Shown here: positions 13,936 through 27,777 of the stretch, piece by piece
Position numbering within the stretch: position 1 is the first letter of the stretch
How the letters are laid out: each line of letters starts with the position of its first letter
Source of the DNA: Octopus vulgaris
Lineage: Eukaryota
Length of the DNA: 64,000 nt
Assembly: GCA_951406725.2 (NCBI GenBank)
Contig: OX597832.1
Coordinates: forward strand, 16,926,001-16,990,000
Reading direction: 5' to 3'
Made by a program: the position numbers and the translations under genes
Notes under the pieces: generated by a model
Databases searched by the model: none
The model's input: only the letters and a program-made list of their open reading frames with translations
What the model was told of the DNA's origin: nothing

Positions 13936-14842
13936 TATTAAGTTACTAATTTGGATATGTTAACGATAGTGCTTTCCTTAATTAGATCTGTGTATATTTG
14001 TTCACATTATCATGTAAACAAAAATATACAGTACAAATATTGATGACGTAATATTCAATTATGGTAATTAGTAAGCAGTTTTTATTCGTCATTGCCCAGT
14101 AGCTTTCAACACATCGCTGTTAACTCGCTCTATCCGTCTCATGACTAATATTGCACACTTACCTATGCCAAATTCCATGCCTATATCTTTACTCAAGAGT
14201 CTTACAGTCTGTATTAAGTAATCTATCTATTTTTCATTCTTACTGAAAAGCTTCAGATCATCCATGTTGAGCAATGTATTAATTTTTCCCTCACTATTTC
14301 TGAACTGATACCCTACATTTGTCTTCCTTAATACTAAGCTGAGGTGGATTAAACATAAGGCAAATATTAATGCGGACAACGAGTCCCTCTGGAAAATCCC
14401 TCACTTGAGTATTAACATTCAGTAAGACGGTGTCACCTAAATAGAGATCTACTTTCCATTTTTTTTCATGTTGTTTGCTATACTGAATACATTCATTCAC
14501 TTATCAATGCGTGTGGCATCATGTCATGGGTTTCCTTTAATCTATCCATTCTATTTTCAGATTTTTCTCTGTAACTTTTACTTCATTTGTAACTGCTTTG
14601 TCTAAATATAATGGATCATGCGTTTCTCTAGCCTTCCTCCAGCAAACTCTCTCTCTCTTCTCGCAGGAAATTCCGGTTGTCAAGTTGCTCGTAAATCGCT
14701 ATTAGGGATCCACAGCCATCTTTTCTTCTCTGTCTGCCTTGTCCCTATGAAATTTTCTATGCATTCTTTTCTTTATCCACCTATTTTCAGTTTCATTCAT
14801 TCTCAAGTTCTTGTTCAAGATAAAGCACTAACATCTCATAGT

Positions 14843-15460
14843 CTTTATTGATTTCGGCTTTGATACTGTGAATCTTGAGGCACTTCGGAAAATTTGGTAA
14901 AATGTTGATCTTCCCGATAAAATGACAAGTGTAATAGTATCGCTGCATTAAGGAATGATGTCAACAGTGCTATCTAGCCTTCAATGTTCAGAAGCATTTT
15001 CTGTTGCCACTGAAACCAAAGAGGGTTGTATTTTACCTCCTGTACTGTTTTCTATATTCTTTTCAGTGATGATCCAACATGCCTTCAGAGATTACCATAA
15101 AGGTATAAAATTCCAGTTTCGCACAGAAGAACGTCCACTAAATCTAAAATGGCGAAGTTTCGAATAAAATAAAAGACCACGAAGGGATTTTATCCGTCTT
15201 CTGCTTGCCGATAGTTGTGCCCCGATTCATACTCTTTCCAGGGAGTTCAGGAAACGGTTGAAAGGTTTAGACTGGCTATCTACTTCAAGAAACTCAAATT
15301 TTATTCCAACCAAAATCTGGATCAGAACATACTCAAGATTCAAAAGTGATGTTTTACAACATGAGATGCAAATGGATCAGGTTATTTTAATATATTGGAA
15401 GTTCAGTAAACTTGATGACAAAAATATTTCACTTGATGAGGAAATCAATTTTAGAATATC
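14843..15460 (+). pseudogene. Highly decayed RTE (BovB-like) reverse transcriptase fragment
   Basis: FIDFGFDTVN...SEAFSVATETKEGCILPPVLFSIFFS resembles RT motifs (GVKQGCVLAPTLF); several stops. Confidence 0.65.
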
Positions 15461-15577
15461 TAAGCAAGAAATACATGCAGTTTCTTTTATTTTTAAAAGT
15501 TGGATTTTTTTCTCTTTCCACCTTTTCCCCCTTTTAAATTCTCTCCTTCATAACACTCATACGTCGAAATCGACGGG

Positions 15578-15643
<66 letters not shown>

Positions 15644-15652
15644 AATCATCAG

Positions 15653-15731
<79 letters not shown>

Positions 15732-15801
15732 GTCGTCATCATTGTCATCGTCATCTTCTACTTCTCCTTTTTCTCCTTGTTCAGCTTATTATTATTATTA
15801 A

Positions 15802-15837
<36 letters not shown>

Positions 15838-15885
15838 CATCATCATCATCATCATCATCGTCATTATCGTCATCATCGTCATAAT
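15578..15885. repeat. (ATC)n and (TTA)n microsatellites
   Basis: Direct reading. Confidence 0.95.
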
Positions 15886-16058
15886 AGTTATTAATATTAT
15901 TAGTAATAATATCAGCAGCTGCAGCAGCATTTTTGATATATATTTAGGTTCTACCAATAACTTATATAAAGCTGCTCCATGTAACATAAGGTTAAAAAAT
16001 TTGGTGAATACGTATATGTGCGTGAGATATAGTTATATTTGTATATATATATATATAT

Positions 16059-16138
16059 ACCAGGTGGTGCTATTAAGTTAGACATGGCCTGGGCCAATAA
16101 TGGCCGAAACCTATCAAAGTATCAAAGTATCAAAGTAT
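16059..16138 (+). mobile_element. Isolated LINE 3' UTR tip with (TATCAAAG)x3 tail, inside (TA)n
   Basis: ccaggtggtgctattaagttagacatggcctgggccaata.tggcc is nearly identical to the reverse complement of 50360-50410. Confidence 0.7.
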
Positions 16139-16611
16139 ATATATATATATATATACACACACAACAACAATGTATATAAACCCCTTGGACAGAAAACTAC
16201 ATTCACAGACAGCACTCGACTTCTTCCATCCAAGGATTCTTCTGACTCAATACGTTATAGGCCATTATATATAACTACATCTTCTATGACACCGTCTTTT
16301 GAGAAATATTCATGTCATCTATCACGAAGTTTGGAAAATTCTTGAGACGTAAATACTATACACACAAATATGTATACATACATATATATGTGTGTGTGTG
16401 TGTATTTATATATGTGTGTGTGTTTGTATGTAAATGTATATGCGTTTACACGATTGTGCGTGTTGTGCGTATGTATTCGTGTACATATATATGTGTGTAT
16501 ATGTATATATATATGTATATATATATATATGTATGTATATATGTATGTATGTAGGCATATGTAAGTATATAAATATATATATATATATGTATGTTTGTAT
16601 ATGTGAGTATA

Positions 16612-16661
<50 letters not shown>

Positions 16662-17179
16662 CGTGTATACGTAGGTAAGTATGTGTGTATGTATAAATGT
16701 ATTTCTATACGTATGTATATTTATGGATGTATGGACACGTGTTTATACTTTCATATGTACGTATAAATGTAGAGTGTGCGTGTTCATATGTATGTCTATG
16801 TAGATCGCCATCTGTATGTATACGTTGACACATATAGACACAAAATGGCATACAGTTACGTACGTCGTAATGTACGCCTCCGTGCAATGTGGTGCTTCAG
16901 AGTCTCAACGTAATATGTACAAAAGTGTTAACAAGATTTACAGTAGCTACTGAACATCTCTGTGGGCTATAGAAATTATTTGCAATTTGGAAGTTACAGT
17001 GTATTTTAATTCACACTTCAATGGTAGAGTTTGACCTACTGACATGGATAACTTTATACACAACAAAACATTAGACGAATCTCAAATTTCAATGCGAGCG
17101 AATATCTACACACATCCATACACACACACACACAAACAAATGCATGCACCCATACACACATTATACAAAGATATATATA

Positions 17180-17260
<81 letters not shown>

Positions 17261-17423
17261 GCGTTTGTATGTATATATGTATAAATATATGTATATACGT
17301 ATCTCTCTCTATATATATATAAATGTTTATATGTATGCACGTATGTATATGTATGCATACATTCAAATGCATAGAAAAATTATATACTTATACCTATATA
17401 GTCATATATGGTGGTATTTACAG

Positions 17424-17468
<45 letters not shown>

Positions 17469-17499
17469 TATACATATATATATATAATATAAACATATG

Positions 17500-17533
<34 letters not shown>

Positions 17534-17539
<6 letters not shown>

Positions 17540-17562
17540 CATGGTTCCACTTACATTTATAC

Positions 17563-17604
<42 letters not shown>

Positions 17605-17639
17605 ATATAGGTATAAATGTAAGTGGAACCATGTATGTA
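17534..17639. repeat. 31-bp perfect inverted repeat around a (TA)n spacer
   Basis: tacatacatggttccacttacatttatacct (17534-17564) pairs with aggtataaatgtaagtggaaccatgtatgta (17609-17639). Confidence 0.9.
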
Positions 17640-18314
17640 TATATATATATGTACGTATATGCTTTGTGCCAAATATATATATATATATGTGTGTGAGATT
17701 TTGGTGTTTATTGACCAAAGTACCGCAAATCGCAAACGCTCTCTTCTTTTGGTGACTCTCACACAAACACCCACAGAGATACTCTCACGCATAGACAAAA
17801 ACACCGAACAATTATCCATGAATACACACACGCACATACACACCAACTCAAATTGTGTATCCTCATACATTTTCGTTTTTCTTCTTTTTTTTAACATTTT
17901 TATATATTTGTTTTCTCCGGGTAACAATATTGTTTGTTATTCTGTTATATACTAAGTTGAAAGGTTATCAAAGACTTATAGACAAAGAATTGAAAGCAAC
18001 TTTCAGGAATATTGATTAACTGGTCGAAAAGACTTTACTATCGACTAGAAGTCAAACATTTTTATTCGTTAGACCGTAATGACATCCTGACATTTTTTCC
18101 TTTAAGATATTACTGCTTTGATCTCTAGTTTTTATCGACTTCATCATTCAGTCCAAACAATGTGTTAATGACATAGAAAAGAGACTAGTGTTTTAAGCAA
18201 TACTGTTAACACAGAAACGCAGAGATGGTAGGAATAGATGTGCAACTAGTAGCAGTTGTAACAACTGACTAACTAATATTTCACATATTGCTACATAATA
18301 TGAGAATGTCTCAT

Positions 18315-19225
<911 letters not shown>

Positions 19226-20294
19226 GCGCAATCTGTGTAGATAATTTGCTGTAGGATATTTATGCAACCTGATTTCAACTTCTAATTGAAGAAATGCAAA
19301 AATTATTAGCAATTATATTCAATCTATTTTACTTGTCCCATGATTAATGTCATTCCGATCGTTGTTACCTTTGTCCAATAATAAATAGGATGATTATGTT
19401 AATGATTATGTTGACGACGACGACGAGGAGGAAGAGGCGGAGGGAATCTGTAGCAGCTGCTGCTGCTGCTGCTGGTGATGATGATGATGATGACGTTGAC
19501 GGTGGTGATTATGAAGACGGTAATAATGTTAGTGACGCTATTGTCGTTCTTAGTGGTGGAAACAATGATGACGTCGACGACGACGATTGCAATAATGATA
19601 ATGATGATGAGGACTATCATCATCATCGTCATCATCATCATCATCATCGGTATTATCATCATCATCGTCATGAATACGCGATGACAAGGAAGACGACGCC
19701 GAGGACGGTGTTTTTTTTTTCGTGATCGTGACCATAATGATGACAGTAATTATATTTATCATTATCATAATCGATAATAAGTTGATAATGATAATGATGT
19801 TTTTGATCATAGATATTTTTGGTATTGATTTGATTGAACGCATTTCTTACTGATGTTGTCAATGATGATGATGATGATGATTAATAGTTGTGGTGCTGAT
19901 GTTGTTGTTGGTGGTGGTAGTGGTGGTGGTGATGTTCGTAGTAGTGATGGTGGTAGAATTGGTGATGGTGGTGCTGGTGCTGGTAGTGGTATGCCGCTGG
20001 TGGTGTGCCTGTGCTGGTGTTGTTGATGGCAATGATGTTGATTTTGATGATGATAGTGATGTTGATGATGATGATGATGATGATGTTGATGATGATGAAA
20101 CAGAGAATTTCATCTTCAAAATACCCCATAAATGTCATTAAGTACAAAATACAGATGGAAAATTTTGGAAAGGTCAAAAAAAATTGTGTATTTTTAATTT
20201 GTTTCATTATAATCGGAGCATGGATAGATATGAGTATAAGAAGCAGGTGTTCAAACCAAGTGTTTTGGGGTTCAATATTACTATACCGCACTCA

Positions 20295-20640
20295 GTAGCC
20301 GAGTCTTCTAGTATAGCTTCGGCTCACTGAATGACTAATGAATTAATGAGTAAATTTGTTGGAGTGAAACGGAGTGAAGCCCGATTGTGTCTGAGTATAT
20401 GTATGTGTTTATATACGTGTGTATATGTGTGCTTTGCCCGAGCGTGTGCAAATGCCTGTATGTCCCGGCGCATAACGCTTAACAACCTGTTTTAGCGTTT
20501 CTACACCTCGCAACGTTGCAGTTCGCCATAATCCGTCGATAGAATTAGTAACAAACATTTGAAAAATTATTATCTGGGTAGGTCTGCCCGACTATAACCT
20601 AACAGGTGGGAGCCCGCATGGTTGCAGTCCAATCTTTGAA
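20295..20640 (+). mobile_element. Old degenerate SINE family B copy
   Basis: gagtcttctagtatagcttcgg...gaagcccg...gttcgcc...gatagaattagtac-like...gcatggttgcagtccaat aligns loosely to family B. Confidence 0.5.
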
Positions 20641-21295
20641 AGAATTAACAATTTGAAGACATGCAATCATTCGTAAATTCATATAATAACAAGCGAAATT
20701 TTGGAAGGAATGTGATATTATAATGTATAAGTTTTCCCCAAGGACATGAGAAACGAATTTCTCTCTTATTCTATATAGTGACATTATTGTAGTGTAACAT
20801 TTCATTGAAAATTACATTTAGAATAAACTGAAAAATTATGATCAGATGTATAGCCAGGAAACCTTTGAAACGTGTTTTAAAATATACTACTGCTATGTTA
20901 CATAACATTTTGTACACATGTATGCGCATGTACACATGTATGCGCATGTACACATGTATGCGCATAGTGACGTACATTAAGTATCCTAAAGCCATTATCG
21001 ATTGGCGACACTTGGGACGCTGTTTATAAACGTATCCTGTGATGTGATTCTCACCTTGAGTTGATTCCTTTAAACTAACATTAGAAATACAGACTTGATT
21101 ACATCCACATTTTACGCTGCAAAAATGTTATGCAATAGCTACCATATTTGTTTTCGTATATCAGTAACACGAACATATACATCCATAAACACAGAAAAAA
21201 TACATATTTTCTGTGAGTATATATGTGTGTGTGTGCGCGTGTGTGTTGCGTGTGTGTGTGTGTGTGGAGTGTGTGTATAAAACTGCATATGTATG

Positions 21296-21326
<31 letters not shown>

Positions 21327-21394
21327 GCAAATATGTGTGTGTGCGTGTGTGCATGCGTGTATATAAAATGTATAAAAATGTTCTTTTATTCTTT

Positions 21395-21605
21395 TGTCAT
21401 TTTACTTGTTTTAGTCATTTTACTGGGACCATGCTAGAGCACCACTTTTTTGTGGAAGTGATGGGCACCTGGATTTATTCATTATAAGCCAGGTCTCATT
21501 CTGTCGGGAGCTCCCGCCGAACCGCTAAGATCGGGTTACACACAAACACGAACATCGGTCGTCAAGCGATTGAAGTTGGGGTAAACATTGACACACAGGC
21601 ACAGT
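21395..21605 (-). mobile_element. SINE family B tail
   Basis: gccgaaccgctaag...aacatcggtcgtcaagcgat matches the family-B tail. Confidence 0.7.
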
Positions 21606-21609
21606 CATA

Positions 21610-21648
<39 letters not shown>

Positions 21649-21658
21649 ACCCAGTCAA

Positions 21659-21700
<42 letters not shown>

Positions 21701-21703
<3 letters not shown>

Positions 21704-22270
21704 TGCAGGACATCACCAACTGTGATGAAGTACGAATACAAACGAGTTGAATACGCAAACAACTAGAGGAAACAAATGTAAAACAGGACAAGTAATACGG
21801 AGAACGACCCCTAATCAGTTGTCGTCTGTCTATCTACTCATTTCGCGCATTTAACGACAATAAGAGTATTCGAAGACGGTTGCTCCTATAAATTCCGAAA
21901 TAAAGTTTTGAATTTATGGAGGGTCAAAGTTGGGAATAAAAACGGGGCGGAGGAAATATACAAGGAAACCGAACGAAAACAAACATACAGGGTCGTTAGA
22001 CCAGAACGGGAGGAAATTAGTGAACACTGGGAAAAATATTTTCGTTGAAAAGAGAAAAGATAGGAGAGAGAGATAGAGAAGACATCCACTCCTTAGAGCG
22101 TCGTACAGGAAAAGAAGGGTGGTCACATGATGAAAAGAAAGTTGGGCAATGATTACATGTGAGCAACGAGAGAGAGGAAAAGAGAAAGGAGAGATTGTGA
22201 AAGATAGTAGACGGTGAAGGGGAGAAAAAGGGAATTACAGATGGATAGGGGAGAAAACAGTACAGAGTAG
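21701..22270 (-). mobile_element. Dispersed repeat family X (copy 1), ending in (TA)n, with a permuted hammerhead-like motif at 21806-21868
   Basis: Homologous to 33059-33235 (+) and organised like 44699-45127 (-). Shared 3' end gtcctgYRc next to a microsatellite. Confidence 0.65.
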
Positions 22271-22354
22271 AGTCCGTCTTTAATTTGCTATAAGCATAAC
22301 GATCACTGTGAGTAAGCTACCAGGTGTAAAGCTTTCATTTTATTATCCATTGTA

Positions 22355-22385
<31 letters not shown>

Positions 22386-22431
22386 TTATATATTTGTAAG
22401 TACATCCATATCTCTCTCCTCCGCCTCTCTC

Positions 22432-22514
<83 letters not shown>

Positions 22515-22534
22515 ATATATATATATATAATTAA

Positions 22535-22715
22535 AATTATAATTAAGGGTATCTAAAAGATAGCACCATGCTAGTTCTAGCAGTCAAAACTTGACTCTAA
22601 GCCCACATCAAATATTCATACATCACCAAGAGGAATGTTTGATGCGGCTTCAGAGTCAAGTTTTGACTGCTATCTCTAGCATGGGTGTATCTTTAAGATA
22701 CGCTTAATTATGATT
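22535..22715. repeat. Imperfect inverted repeat, ~82-bp arms, within an insert between (TA)n tracts
   Basis: ...ccatgctag...tagcagtcaaaacttgactct.agcc..catcaaa.attc is mirrored at 22633-22715. Confidence 0.85.
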
Positions 22716-22820
22716 TTTATAATAATTATTAGCCATAAGACTTATATTTCCATGCTATCCACTTGATATGATAGGTATTTTTAATAACGATCTCACCCTT
22801 ATATATACATATATATATAT

Positions 22821-22998
22821 TGGTTGGCATCCTTCCTGTCTCGGGAGACAATGGAGTTTGCGCATAAAGTAGTCTAGTCCGGCTTTTATATTTCATGTCC
22901 TGATACATTTCCTGCTGTGGCTGTGTAGTCCTATCCTGGACAAACACTCCCTCTGGCAGGTACCGCAAATGTAGCGAAGACTGTTCCTGGCTGGTTGT
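22821..22998 (-). mobile_element. RTE/BovB-like LINE 3' end
   Basis: Minus frame YICGTCQRECLSRIGLHSHSRKC (C-terminal zinc finger), then 3' UTR ccattgtctcccgagacaggaaggatgccaacca. Confidence 0.75.
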
Positions 22999-23294
22999 AA
23001 TGCTATAGTCTCTTCTTTTCTTTCCATTTCTCCTCTCTCTCTCTCTCTCTATCTGTCACTCCTTTGTATTTCCTCTTTTACGGTACGTCGCCATTCTCCA
23101 CGGTTGCCGGCAGAGAGAGAGAGAGAGAGAGAGAGAGATAAATGATCCATAGATATATATATATATATTGTTTTACTGTGGCTGAAATTACATCTCTACC
23201 TATTACTGCTGATTTCCCCAAACTGTTGATTTCTCCAAATATTACTCATACGACAGTTGTTCCCATTTATATACATATCATCGGACAGTTCATA

Positions 23295-23588
23295 TTTATT
23301 TACTGATCATCGGACAGTAGAGCCTGTTTCCCGGTTTCCTTGGCGTATAGGTTCCCCACCTCGACGGGACGCCGGTCCGTCGCAGGTGAGCTGCAAGATG
23401 CAGGAGGAAAGAGTGAGAGAAAGTTATGACAAAAAGAGTCAGCAGAAGTTCGTCATTACCTTCTACCGGAGCCGCGTGTAGCTTAGGTGTTTCGCTCATA
23501 AACACACACATTGCCGGGTCTGAGATTCGAACCCGCGATCCCTCGGCCGCAAGTTTGCTGCTCTAACCACTCGGTCATGTGCCTCCAC
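23295..23588 (-). mobile_element. tRNA-derived SINE family C (tail variant 1)
   Basis: Minus strand gtggaggcacatgaccgagtggttagagcagc...gggttcgaatctc (A and B boxes). Confidence 0.8.
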
Positions 23589-24543
23589 AGACAGTTGTTA
23601 GTATTTATATGTATAATTTTACGTATCATATAATATAACTCTACCAAAATTTGTAATCCTGTTTTCTAATGTTGGCAAATGAAACATGGATAATAATCTG
23701 AATTCGCCCCTGACACACACCGAAAATACCGTAAAAAATTAAGTTCGATTAATATGTATATATTTCACTTTTAGGTAGTAAAATTTTAGCAACTTAATTC
23801 AGCATTGCTTGTCAAGCTAACGTACAAATATTTTGCACACGTCCTGTTTATGACATTTATTTCTCCAGCATTTGGATTTCGCAAAAGCAATTAAATATAA
23901 ATATTACATTTAAAAATCATATATTTTACAATCACGTACACAAATATTACTTTTAGTATAATATTTGCTTTAGTAACCCTGGAACATTGGAACTTCCAAA
24001 CCACGTAAACATATAACTGAATATAAAATGTAATTATCATCCAAATTCCTACGTAGTAAAACCGTATTACACATAAATATCACTCGCACAGACACGAAAA
24101 ATTTTGTCTACAAATATATGTGTATCTGTGTATATATCATATATTACCTGTGTGTATTTATGTCTTCTCTCTTCCCGTTCTATATATGAGGGTGTGATTA
24201 TTCATGAGGGTGGCGACAGGTGTCTCTTTCCTTTCGGTTGCATTATGATATCTGGTTTACGTGTTGTTCGCCTAAGAGCACGGTGCACTCTGTATATGTT
24301 CCCTGCGTAACTGATTATGGCCATCGATAATAATGTGGGTTTTAAACTTCAGAGAAAATACTTGCTCAATATTATTGACTAAAGAACATTAAGATTGGCA
24401 CCCCGAGGCTAGCCAATGTTCTCAAATATATAAAACTAATAAAAAAAAAATATATAATTCCACACAAAAATATATATGCATATATACATACGTACACACA
24501 CAAAAAAGCACATAGGTATATACATATATACATATGTACATGT

Positions 24544-24625
<82 letters not shown>

Positions 24626-24773
24626 GTATATATATATATATATATATACATGTATATATGCATACATTGCCTATTGATAGACAGATAACTATATCATATA
24701 CATATTTATGTATATATTTACATACACACACAGGTACCTATATATGTGTGTGTTTGTGTTAACGTATATATTT

Positions 24774-24810
<37 letters not shown>

Positions 24811-24813
<3 letters not shown>

Positions 24814-25330
24814 TATATAAAATCCGTTTTGTCTGTCTGTCGGTGTGTGTCTTCTCAGATCTCGGGCATCCTCTATCCGATTGCGCTCAAATTTGAGGGC
24901 GTGTATAAGTCTTGAAAAAATTACAAAGTCGATTCCAAGTTAGATAAATTCGTTTTTGTTCTGCTTTTCCTCCGTCTAGCTGGAGATAACTGCACCTTCT
25001 CTTTTTTGTTGCTTTTGTATTACTTAAAGGCACGTTTCTTTCCTTCTAATATTACTGTTTAAGCCATGTCTGTGTTCTCCCAGTCAACAGCCTTATCATT
25101 ACTGGTATTTTAAACTCTTCGGTTGCATATTGGTGTGAATAAAATCGTTTTTCTTTGCAATAGAAAAAGGTATATATTTATTTCTTCTTTTGCTGGTGTC
25201 TCAAATGTAGGTTAAATCAGTGTTTCTCAAAAGGGAGGCCTATGGGACGGTCGGACAACTTGTTTTGAGAAAATTTGGTTTAAATATTTTACAACACAGC
25301 ACCGCCCATTGGATGGGGGATGTTTTGCTC

Positions 25331-25332
<2 letters not shown>
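24811..25332 (+). mobile_element. Putative non-autonomous Helitron
   Basis: 5' TCTTATATAAAAT, then (GTCT)n and ccgattgcgctcaaattt. 3' hairpin cccat-tgg-atggg (25305-25317), then CTCG|T (CTAG-like). Embedded in (TA)n. Confidence 0.5.
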
Positions 25333-25369
<37 letters not shown>

Positions 25370-25429
25370 TTGTTTTGTTTTGTTTTTCCAGTTTCAGCTC
25401 TTGAGCTGTGGCCATGCTGGGGCACCGCC

Positions 25430-25768
<339 letters not shown>

Positions 25769-25782
25769 GATATAGATCTAGT

Positions 25783-26105
25783 CTACAGAATTCAAATGTT
25801 TTCTGTCCAAATGATTTTGAAGACAGTGGAGTAAATGAAAATCAGACGAGGTAATGACCAGCGAATATGGTGGGTGGCTCATCAATTCACATTCAACTTT
25901 CTCCAGCCTTTGGAATGTCCTCCTCGTTGTATGCGGCCGAGTATTACACGGATGGAAGAAAACCTTTCGTCTTGGAACTAAAATGATCGTTTTCCGTCTA
26001 GCGCAATGGTTCTCCTTTGTTATTGTTTAGTTTCTGTTTAAAAGTTAAAAGTAGATTAAGCCTTTAATATCCCATCAAATAGATAACAACATTTACGAGG
26101 GTGAA
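25783..26105 (-). pseudogene. Mariner transposase fragment, same family as 55431-56498
   Basis: ctacagaattca...gtccaaat.attttgaagacag.ggagtaaat...gcgaatatg...gatggaagaa.acctttcgtcttg is collinear with 55628-55945. Confidence 0.75.
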
Positions 26106-26426
26106 CATCTATACTCTTCTCATTTTCCCTATTTGTTCCCAATGATGGAGTATCCCATACTCCAGGATATCCCAGAAACAGCTGTAAGACTTTGAATGTT
26201 TCCAATAATAATAACGTATATAAATTGCGATGTTTGATTTGACTTAACGTTTCTGGTCATCTTTAACAATTATGTATCCGCCATATCGGAAATCTACAAT
26301 GGCTCCATAACTCCTGTCTCGGCCATAACCTTGGAGTCCTGGTAATCCGTTAAAGCACTTACCCAGCGTGCCTAGTCAATTAGGTCACCTATGAAATAAA
26401 CCCCCACATTTCGTATATATATATAT

Positions 26427-26737
26427 CACCGTGATCACCGTGACCGACCAGGCTATCAGATATTGCTACACATCGCTGGTCACAATGCGCTTCGCCTTGT
26501 TTTATCCTTCAAATCACGCCACTCCGCTGGCTAAGTGAGTAGGCCAACAGAAGAAAAAGTGAGAGAAAGTTGTGGCGAAGGAGTACAGCAGGGATCGCCA
26601 CCACGCCCTGCCGGAGCCCCGTGGAGCTTTATGTATTTTCGCTCAATAAATATTCACAACACCCCGTTTGTGAATCGAAACCGCGATACTACAACCGCGA
26701 GTCAACTGCCCTAGCCACTGGGCCATTGTGCCTCCAC
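26427..26737 (-). mobile_element. SINE family C (tail variant 2)
   Basis: Same head and body as 23295-23588 and 25430-25594 but a different 3' tail (ggtcggtcacggtgatcacggtg). Confidence 0.8.
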
Positions 26738-26744
26738 ACACACA

Positions 26745-26784
<40 letters not shown>

Positions 26785-26793
26785 ATATATATA

Positions 26794-27330
26794 TGTCACG
26801 CTGGTGAGACCCATATTGGAGTACGGGATTCAAGTCTCTTCTCCTTATCTCCTCAAAGACATACAGCATCTCGAAAGAGTCTAGAAGCTGGCCACCCGCA
26901 TGGTTCATGGTCTCAAAAATTTGTCCTATGAAGAAATGCTGAGGACGCTCGACCTTTATTCTCTTGAAAAACGCCGCCGCCGTGGTGATCTCATTCTCGC
27001 CCACAACATCATAAGCGGAAAGTGTAACCTCTCGAAAGAGCTGTCTTCACTCCTGCTCCAGAGCGTCGGCTGCGGAGTCATTCCGAAAAGCTATACCTAC
27101 GACGATTTCATCTCAATCGAAGGAGAGGAGCTTTCTCCGTCCGGGTTGCGGATCCGTGGAACAAGCTGCCAGACGAGATGGTGAAGATGCCGACGACCGC
27201 TTTGTTCAAAGCCTCCCTTGACCTCAAGTGGCCTGAACTCTTTACATGAACACCACCCTGTACTTAACTCCATGTCCCCCTACATGGCCTTGCTATTTGC
27301 TTTGGAGCCAAATTAACTAACTAACTAACT
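26794..27330 (+). mobile_element. CR1-group LINE 3' end with (TAAC)n tail
   Basis: VRPILEYG...HLERV*KLATRMVHGLKNLSYEEMLRTLDLYSLEKRRRRGDLI...WNKLP; tail taactaactaactaact. Confidence 0.85.
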
Positions 27331-27340
27331 GACATGCTCA

Positions 27341-27548
27341 TTTACTCTGTTACTTGTTTCAGTCACTTGACTGCGGCCATGCTGGAGCACCACCTTTAGT
27401 CGAGCAAATCGAGCCCAGGATTTATTCTTTGTAAGCCTAGTACTTATTCTATCGGTCTCTTTTGCCGAACCGTTAAGTTACGCGGACGTAAACACACCAC
27501 CATCTGTTGTCAAGCGATGTTGGAGGGACAAACACAGACACACAAACT

Positions 27549-27613
<65 letters not shown>

Positions 27614-27777
27614 GACGGGCTTCTTTCAGTTTCCGTCTGCCAAATCCACTCACAAGGCTTTGGTCGGCCCGAGGCTATAGTAGAAGACACTTGCCCAAGG
27701 TGCCACGCAGTGGGACTGAACCCGGAACCATGTGGTTGGTTAGCAAGCCACTCACCACACAGTCACTCCTGCGCCTA
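27341..27777 (-). mobile_element. Complete bipartite SINE family B (tRNA-like head, (TA)n(TG)n linker, tail)
   Basis: Minus strand ggcgcaggagtgactgtgtggtgagtggcttgc...ccgggttcagtccc...gaagcccgtcg, microsatellite, then ...cagcatggccgcagtcaagtgactgaaacaag. Confidence 0.85.

Noticed and set aside
16085-16112. ggcc-aataat-ggcc-gaaac resembling HHR stem II
   Set aside because: No CUGANGA, and the homologous copy near 50360 reads aaaac. Better explained as a LINE 3' UTR stem-loop.
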